Of a stretch of 64,000 bases of DNA, positions 57,944 to 64,000 are shown piece by piece. Every line of letters begins with the position of its first letter. The first letter of the stretch is position 1. The notes beneath the pieces were generated by a model. The model searched no databases. It was not told where the DNA came from and saw only the letters and a program-made list of their open reading frames with translations. Made by a program: the position numbers and the translations under genes. This DNA comes from Roseibium sp. (GTDB lineage: Bacteria; Pseudomonadota; Alphaproteobacteria; Rhizobiales; Stappiaceae). The DNA lies in NCBI GenBank assembly GCA_039986495.1, contig JBDWQP010000013.1:88084-152083 (forward strand). The letters are read 5' to 3'.

Positions 57944-59191
57944 CTAAGAAATATCAGCAAGACCGGCAATTAGCGCTTCGTTTTCGAGTTTGTAACCTGT
58001 CTCGCACCAGGTCTTCTCCAGCTGTCTCAACTTGGCACCAAGACCAGGCCCCGGCTTGTGTCCGGCCGCAATGAGATCAGCCCCCTTCAACGGGAAAACA
58101 GGAACACTCTGGCTTCTCAACTGATCCAGATAGCTTTCGTTCTCCTCAACTCTCTCATTGTGGTCCTGTGCAGACAGTGTCGCCCAGCGCGCAAGATGCC
58201 CGTCTATGGCCCCTTGTCGGCCAAATTCATAAAGCATTGCTTCAGCTTCTGGGAGTTCATCAAGTTGGCGCAGGAATTTGATCGCACTCCAGGCAATTTG
58301 CATCCGTTTACGCTCTGCATTGGAAAGGCGGAGCCGGTCCGCAATGCGCTCTATATCCTCACGAACAAATCCGGCAAGAACAGTCAGTCCAAGCTCCGGA
58401 TCACGTGTTTCTGACACCAGCGGATCCAGATCGCGCAGCGCTGCGTAATCTTCAACACGCGCAATGCCGCCAGTCGCAATTTCCCAAAGACCGCAATCAT
58501 TCATCATGCGCAGTGCAGTTGCTGCGAGCGGTGCTTGCATGAGACGGCGCATCTCATGTCCGATGCGCTCTGCAGACAGTTGGCGTAATCCGTCCCGTTG
58601 ACGGAGACAGGCCCCGAGCCCGTCCACGTCCATCTCACCCTGACCGTAAGCCGCGTAAATCCGGAAAAACCGCAGAATTCTAAGATAGTCTTCCCGCAAT
58701 CGTGTATCCGGGTCTCCGATAAAGCGCACCCGGCGGTCAAGGCAGTCTTGCAAACCACCAAGCGGATCATGCAATTGACCATTGCGGTCCGCATAGAGGG
58801 CATTCATCGTGAAATCGCGCCGCTCGGCGTCTTTCACCCAGTCTTTGCCAAAAATGACTTTTGCCTGACGACCGAATGTTTCGACATCCTCGCGCAACGT
58901 GGTCACTTCATAGGCGAAGCCGTGGCTTACCACTGTGATCGTTCCGTGGTCGATTCCGGTCGCAATCGATTTCAGCCCAGATGACGATGCACGCGCAGCC
59001 ACATCTTGCGGCGTTGCCGTCGTTGCGATATCGACATCCGGGATAGAGTGACCGAGCAGGGTATTCCGGATTGCACCGCCAACAACCCGCGCTTCGTCTC
59101 CATTCCTCTCAATTGCAGAAAACAGTGCCTGCAAACCACGCGCGTTCAACCAGTCGGCACGGCGCAATATATCGTCGGCATCTTCCGTCAT
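57944..59191 (-). CDS. cca: CCA tRNA nucleotidyltransferase (class II)
   Basis: VVGGAIRN, DVDIATT, RRDFTMNA, EDYLRILRFFR. Start set at 59191. Confidence 0.93.
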   Translation of the reverse strand: MTEDADDILRRADWLNARGLQALFSAIERNGDEARVVGGAIRNTLLGHSIPDVDIATTATPQDVAARASSSGLKSIATGIDHGTITVVSHGFAYEVTTLREDVETFGRQAKVIFGKDWVKDAERRDFTMNALYADRNGQLHDPLGGLQDCLDRRVRFIGDPDTRLREDYLRILRFFRIYAAYGQGEMDVDGLGACLRQRDGLRQLSAERIGHEMRRLMQAPLAATALRMMNDCGLWEIATGGIARVEDYAALRDLDPLVSETRDPELGLTVLAGFVREDIERIADRLRLSNAERKRMQIAWSAIKFLRQLDELPEAEAMLYEFGRQGAIDGHLARWATLSAQDHNERVEENESYLDQLRSQSVPVFPLKGADLIAAGHKPGPGLGAKLRQLEKTWCETGYKLENEALIAGLADIS

Positions 59192-59195
59192 CGTG

Positions 59196-59456
59196 TTATT
59201 CAAACCGGCCCGGGATGAAGACTCCATCACGCAATTCCGAGGGAATGTATTCAGTGCCTTCCGGGCTCTTACCCAAAAAGGCAACAGCTACCATGGCTAA
59301 TATAGCCAGGGCCAAACCAACAAGCGTCAACCAGGCGACCGGTCCCCTGGTCCAACTTTTTGGGTCCTTGTTTTTCTTGGTCAGATAGAGCCACGCCGAG
59401 TAACAGGCGAAGGGAAGCAAAAACAAAAACAATTGCGTCAAAACAATGCGCAGCAT
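59196..59456 (-). CDS. DUF6111-like small membrane protein
   Basis: Two TM helices, YIPSELRDGVFIPGRFE; TAATG overlap with the upstream Nudix gene. Confidence 0.8.
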   Translation of the reverse strand: MLRIVLTQLFLFLLPFACYSAWLYLTKKNKDPKSWTRGPVAWLTLVGLALAILAMVAVAFLGKSPEGTEYIPSELRDGVFIPGRFE

Positions 59457-60106
59457 TAGCGATACACCGTGTCGTAAAGTGAGCGGATAATTCCGGCCGT
59501 TACACCCCATATGTAACGGTCGTTGTAGGGCATGGCATAAAAATACCGTCTTTGCCCCTGCCATTCGCGGCTCAGTTTCTGATGATTTGCAGGATCCATC
59601 AAAAAGTGGAACGGAACCTCAAAAACATCTTCGACTTCATCCGGGTTTGGCACAAATGAAACTGTTTCGCGGATCAGTGCAACAATTGGTACAACCTTGT
59701 AGCCTGACCCCGTCAGGTAAGGTGCGAGACTTCCCAGTGGTGTTGCGATCATCGGTGGCAGCCCGATTTCCTCATGGGCCTCGCGGAGCGCAGCTTCGAC
59801 AGGTCCTGCATCTTCCGGATCAATTTTTCCACCCGGGAATGCCACCTGACCCGCATGAGAATTCAAATGACCAGTGCGCTGTGTAAGAACAACACTTGGA
59901 CCGTCGCCATGGTCCTTTAGCCCTATCAACACCGCTGCATCGCGCGGCGGGCCATTCCATTTGGCATAAGGACCAAGATCCGGATTAAGCACATGATCTC
60001 CGGTCTCAGGTTGAGGACCTGATTGCGCGGCTGTTGCCAAGCGCTCTTTCAGATCCAGAGCCCAGTTCGCCAGATCAGCTTCCTTTTCAACTGTGAAAGC
60101 GGTCAT
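59456..60106 (-). CDS. CoA pyrophosphatase (Nudix, NudL type)
   Basis: AAVLIGL, HAGQVAFPGG, Nudix box ALREAHEEIGL, IWGVTAGII. The start could be 60127. Confidence 0.92.
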   Translation of the reverse strand: MTAFTVEKEADLANWALDLKERLATAAQSGPQPETGDHVLNPDLGPYAKWNGPPRDAAVLIGLKDHGDGPSVVLTQRTGHLNSHAGQVAFPGGKIDPEDAGPVEAALREAHEEIGLPPMIATPLGSLAPYLTGSGYKVVPIVALIRETVSFVPNPDEVEDVFEVPFHFLMDPANHQKLSREWQGQRRYFYAMPYNDRYIWGVTAGIIRSLYDTVYR

Positions 60107-60146
60107 GTGATCCAATTCATGCAGCACATATTATCATTTCAATCCA

Positions 60147-60752
60147 TCAAACATCATGGCTTAGCAGGCTTGAATCAACGGCGAAGTACCGTCCGCTGCT
60201 CCAAACACCCATCTCAGGTCCATTGTCACTTGCCCGTTCTACCATGAGGTCTGCCAGCTGATACATCAGCGCTCTGGTAAAAAGTGCTTCCAGACGCCCT
60301 CGGACATTCACATAGGGCTTCAGTCCACCACTTTCAGGTTCTTTTTCAAATCGCAATGGGCGTTCTGGCCCAACGGTGACCAAATCACCCATATTTGTCC
60401 GCAAGGTGAGCACTTGTGTTTCACCAATTCCATCGACAGCCATTTCAACTGCAACCAGCGGCGCATCATCGACAGTAATGCCAATCTTTTCGACAGGTGT
60501 TACCAAGTAGTGTTTGCCGTCTTCATCTTTGCGAAGAACAGAGGCAAACAACCGCGCCAATGCCTTGCGACCGATCGGAGAACCCATGTAAAACCATGTT
60601 CCGTCTCGAGCGATACGGATGTCCAGATCACCACAAAACGGCGGATTCCATTTTTCGACGGGCGGCAGTGCCTTGTCCGTCGCATCAGAGCGGCTCATCA
60701 GTGCCTGCAGGCCTGCTGGAAGGTTGCCGTCGGTATTCTTGCTCGTACTCAT
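60147..60752 (-). CDS. DUF1285 domain protein
   Basis: PPVEKWNPPFCGDLDIRIARDGTWFYMGSPI, LVTPVEK, VDDAP. Confidence 0.9.
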   Translation of the reverse strand: MSTSKNTDGNLPAGLQALMSRSDATDKALPPVEKWNPPFCGDLDIRIARDGTWFYMGSPIGRKALARLFASVLRKDEDGKHYLVTPVEKIGITVDDAPLVAVEMAVDGIGETQVLTLRTNMGDLVTVGPERPLRFEKEPESGGLKPYVNVRGRLEALFTRALMYQLADLMVERASDNGPEMGVWSSGRYFAVDSSLLSHDV

Positions 60753-61030
60753 ACCTGTCTCAATCAGTATCCGGTACCTTCGCAACACCCGGATTTTTGT
60801 CAATTCGGGTGCTCGCGTGATTGTCATCGTTTTGGTTCGGACCAGGGAATCCGCCGGTTTATCCCCCAACCATTGTAAAAATCTTGGACCTTTCCACTGT
60901 ATGGCGCACATTTGCGCCTTATCTACTGACTTATATGGTGTCAGACTGCGTGAGTCGTAGCAATTTGGCTAAACCTTTAAAACAGCCTTTTTGGCAGTCG
61001 AACACGACAAAGCAACAGGACAGGTGATAC

Positions 61031-62050
61031 ATGAGCGTTGTTTCCCCCTCCAGCCCATCAGAAGCGGATCTGGCAGCTGTTGCTGAAGGTGCCGAACGTG
61101 CGGTAGGTCGCATCGGCGATGCCAAGGCCGATATAGCCCGGATCATTTTCGGACAGGAAACTGTGGTGGAGCAGTCTCTCGTGACCATCCTGGCAGGTGG
61201 ACACGGCTTGTTGGTCGGTGTTCCAGGGCTTGCGAAAACCAAGCTGGTGGAAACACTCGGAACAGTCCTAGGACTTGATGCAAGCCGCGTCCAGTTCACG
61301 CCGGACCTGATGCCCTCGGATATTCTGGGAGCCGAAGTCATGGAACAGGGGGCCGATGGCGGCCGTTCCTTCCGCTTTATTCCCGGTCCGATCTTTTCAA
61401 AACTTCTTATGGCCGATGAAATCAACCGGGCCAGCCCACGCACCCAGTCCGCTCTCCTGCAGGCAATGCAGGAATATCATGTGACTGTTGCGGGCCATCC
61501 CCATGACTTGCCACGGCCCTTCCACGTTCTAGCCACACAGAACCCTTTAGAACAGGAAGGAACATACCCTCTTCCTGAAGCTCAGCTTGACCGTTTCCTG
61601 ATGCAAATTGATGTCCACTATCCGGATCTCGATGCTGAACGGCGCATCCTTATGGAGACAACGGGTGCTGAACAAGCCACAGCGCAAACAGCAATGACTG
61701 CTGACGAATTGATAGAGTACCAGCAACTCGTCAGGCGCATGCCGGTTGGAGAATCTGTAGTCGATGCGATCTTGCGCCTCGTGCGTTCTGCACGCCCTGA
61801 GGAAGGCTCAACCGGCTCCGACATCACAAAACTGATTGCCTGGGGTCCCGGACCACGCGCCAGTCAGGCCTTGATGCTGACGGTCAGAGCAAAAGCTTTA
61901 GTCGATGGCCGATTAGCTCCGTCTATTGACGACGTACTGGCGCTGGCTGAACCGATCCTCCAGCACAGAATGGCATTGACATTTGCTGCTCGCGCAGACG
62001 GGCACACTGTCCGCGATGTTATCCGGCGCGTTAAAGAAACAATCGCCTGA
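61031..62050 (+). CDS. MoxR family AAA+ ATPase
   Basis: GVPGLAKT, QFTPDLMPSD, ADEINRASPRTQSALL, ATQNPLEQEGTYPLPEAQLDRF. Confidence 0.96.
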   Translation: MSVVSPSSPSEADLAAVAEGAERAVGRIGDAKADIARIIFGQETVVEQSLVTILAGGHGLLVGVPGLAKTKLVETLGTVLGLDASRVQFTPDLMPSDILGAEVMEQGADGGRSFRFIPGPIFSKLLMADEINRASPRTQSALLQAMQEYHVTVAGHPHDLPRPFHVLATQNPLEQEGTYPLPEAQLDRFLMQIDVHYPDLDAERRILMETTGAEQATAQTAMTADELIEYQQLVRRMPVGESVVDAILRLVRSARPEEGSTGSDITKLIAWGPGPRASQALMLTVRAKALVDGRLAPSIDDVLALAEPILQHRMALTFAARADGHTVRDVIRRVKETIA

Positions 62051-62090
62051 CAATCTAGTTAGAAAAAGCCTTGGAGGATTGCCGCTCTCG

Positions 62091-63014
62091 ATGGATCCAC
62101 AAAACACACAGCAAGACATCAACACTGACACGTGGCCGAACATTATCGGTGAAGCGCGGTCTGTTGCTGATGCTCTGCCGGATCTGTTGGTTGAAGCAAG
62201 CCATGTTGCCAACTCCGTTATCTCCGGGTGGCACGGGCGCCGGCGTGCAGGGCCAGGTGAAAGTTTCTGGCAGTTCCGCCCGTTCAATATGGGTGAACCA
62301 GCCAAAAGGATTGATTGGCGACGCTCGGCGCGAGACGACCATCTCTATGTCCGCGAGCGCGAATGGGAAGCTGCTCATACAGTCTGGCTTTGGGCTGATC
62401 TATCGTCCTCTATGGTGTTTCAATCCCGGTTGTCTCAAGTTGCCAAGCGGGACAGGTCAATTGTCTTGATGTTGGCATTGGCTGACATGCTGGCTGAAAC
62501 CGGTGAGCGGATCGGCCTTCCCGGCTTGACTCGCCCTTTTTCGGACAGGCGGGCCGCTGAACGTCTGGCTGATGCCTTGACCCATCTGTCGAAACCAATC
62601 GCTTTACCTGACACAATGTCAGTGAAGCGGTTTGCAGATGTTGTGCTCATTTCAGACTTTCTCGATCCTCTGGAAGAGATATCTGCCTGGATCGCACGCG
62701 TTGCCAGTACTGGCGCGAAGGGGCATTTGGTTCAGGTTCTGGATCCAATTGAAGAGATTTTTCCTTTCGACGGTCGTATCGAATTTACCGACCCGGAAAG
62801 AGGCATTCGTCTCACGACGGGGCGGGCTGAGAACTGGCGCGAAGACTACAAGAGGAAACTCGAAGCGCACCGCGCGGAAGTAAGAGATATAGCCATGCGC
62901 GCTGGCTGGACCTACGTGCTTCATCACACTGACCGTCCGGCGGCAGAGCCATTACTGGTTCTGCACAGCGCCCTGTCCGGCGCCCTGGATGTCATGCAGA
63001 AAGGAGGCGTCTGA
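62091..63014 (+). CDS. DUF58 domain protein (MoxR-associated)
   Basis: GWHGRRRAGPGESFWQFR, IDWRRSAR, DLSSSM, ISDFL. Confidence 0.92.
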   Translation: MDPQNTQQDINTDTWPNIIGEARSVADALPDLLVEASHVANSVISGWHGRRRAGPGESFWQFRPFNMGEPAKRIDWRRSARDDHLYVREREWEAAHTVWLWADLSSSMVFQSRLSQVAKRDRSIVLMLALADMLAETGERIGLPGLTRPFSDRRAAERLADALTHLSKPIALPDTMSVKRFADVVLISDFLDPLEEISAWIARVASTGAKGHLVQVLDPIEEIFPFDGRIEFTDPERGIRLTTGRAENWREDYKRKLEAHRAEVRDIAMRAGWTYVLHHTDRPAAEPLLVLHSALSGALDVMQKGGV

Positions 63015-63017
63015 CCC

Positions 63018-64000
63018 GTGTTCGCAAGTTTGCCGCTCACCTTTACCGCGCCGTGGATTCTGGCGGCACTTGCACTCCTGCCAGTGATCTGGTGGCTTTT
63101 GCGTTTGACACCGCCGCGCCCGCGTCAGATTTCGTTTCCCCCGACCCGTCTTCTATTGGACATCGATCAACACGAAGAAACGCCGCAACGCAGTCCCTGG
63201 TGGCTCACCCTTTTGCGTCTGCTGCTCGCAGCATTGTTGATTATCGCTCTTTCCGGTCCGGTCTGGCGCGCTGCCGACCCAGTTGAGACCAAAGACGGTG
63301 TCCTCTGGCTCCTGATCGACAACGGCTGGACGTCTGCCAAAAGTTGGGATGCGCAGGTCAGTACTGCAGAGCAAATCCTTGCGACCGCTGAGCGCGAAAA
63401 CCAGCCGGTTCTTTTTGCTGCGACTGCAGAAGGGCCTGGCCAGAGTTTTGTTCCTGAAGCAGCAAGCTCAGCACTGGAAAAACTACGAGCACTCGAGCCA
63501 AAGCCTTATGCGCCGTTGCGCAGCGAAATCAGCATTAGTCTCAGAAAAGCCGCACAAAAAACGCCACCCGGCGCCGTCGTCTGGCTGTCCGACGACACTC
63601 ATTCAGATGATATTTTTCATTCTGACTTGGCAGCAATTACCGGAGATGCTCCGATAACTGTCATGACGGGACTGGATACACCTTTGGGATTGAAAGACCT
63701 TTCCAATGACGCCGAGGCATTGGCTCTAACCCTTGTTCGGCATCCTGCGAACCGAGCCACAACAGCAACAGTTCGGGCGCTCGATCTCAAGGGCCTCATA
63801 CTGGGTGAAGTTCAAACGTCTTTTGAACCCGGCAAAACGGAGACAGAAGCACGTTTTGAGCTCCCAAGCGAGCTGCGCAATGACATCGCCCGCGTCGAAA
63901 TAGCAGGCGAAGCAGCAGCGGGAGCCATTCAACTGGTTGACGACAGATGGCGCCGACGCATTGTCGGATTGATTTCAGGCCAATCCGGAGCACTCGATCA
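63018..64000 (+). CDS. BatA/vWA-like membrane protein (DUF4159-associated), runs off the 3' edge
   Basis: Absent from the ORF track because no stop lies in the window. GTG at 63018 after an AAGGAGG RBS translates as MFASLPLTFTAPWILAALALLPVIWWLLRLTPPRPRQISFPPTRLL...SPWWLTLLRLLLAALLIIALSGP...LIDNGWTS. Confidence 0.88.
   Translation, partial: MFASLPLTFTAPWILAALALLPVIWWLLRLTPPRPRQISFPPTRLLLDIDQHEETPQRSPWWLTLLRLLLAALLIIALSGPVWRAADPVETKDGVLWLLIDNGWTSAKSWDAQVSTAEQILATAERENQPVLFAATAEGPGQSFVPEAASSALEKLRALEPKPYAPLRSEISISLRKAAQKTPPGAVVWLSDDTHSDDIFHSDLAAITGDAPITVMTGLDTPLGLKDLSNDAEALALTLVRHPANRATTATVRALDLKGLILGEVQTSFEPGKTETEARFELPSELRNDIARVEIAGEAAAGAIQLVDDRWRRRIVGLISGQSGALD

Noticed and set aside
201-63993. 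The many 60-270 aa ORFs in the track that overlap real genes (e.g. 23543-24205, 28321-29127, 46940-47749, 45225-45776, 22701-23261)
   Set aside because: They are antisense or off-frame shadows of well-supported genes, with no recognisable motifs or RBS.
1-64000. rRNA, tRNA, CRISPR array, IS/transposase, integrase, phage genes
   Set aside because: No cloverleaf, rRNA-like stretch, repeat-spacer array, or DDE/tyrosine-recombinase motif was seen in any spacer or ORF.

Overview
This is a 64 kb stretch of alphaproteobacterial chromosome, most likely Roseibium/Labrenzia (Stappiaceae), judged from the dsyB gene and the gene order. I found no rRNA, tRNA, CRISPR array, IS element or prophage. The core scaffold is ilvE, marR-ompR-envZ, csaA, proC-ybjN, ubiK, lgt-midA-pgeF, prs, rplY-pth-ychF, maoC-maoC, bluB-apt-mtnP, petABC, two ABC exporters, trmL-hemF, cca-nudix-DUF1285 and moxR-DUF58-BatA. 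Accessory blocks interrupt this scaffold. (1) Between prs and rplY (12.5-21.8 kb) are two chemoreceptors, each paired with its own orphan periplasmic protein. They flank a divergent module made of a MarR regulator with a C-terminal 4-Cys domain, a MOSC/YiiM enzyme and a secreted His/Asp-rich protein, with two readable operators and a shared -35 element. (2) Between ychF and maoC (24.9-39.2 kb) are an AfuABC-type transporter, probably for sugar phosphates, and a GntR-associated NitT/TauT ABC plus FAH/dehydrogenase catabolic cluster. (3) dsyB, the DMSP-synthesis methyltransferase, has a predicted sigma70 promoter whose spacer carries a perfect match to the PhaR box as I recall it. (4) Several signalling genes follow: a PAS-GGDEF protein that appears to lack its EAL domain, an MCP without a sensor domain, and an HD-GYP protein with a pseudo-receiver domain. 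The best candidates for undescribed biology are the Cys4-MarR/secreted-protein/MOSC module, the two MCP plus orphan-partner pairs, and possible PhaR control of DMSP synthesis. All product calls come from motif recognition without database searches.
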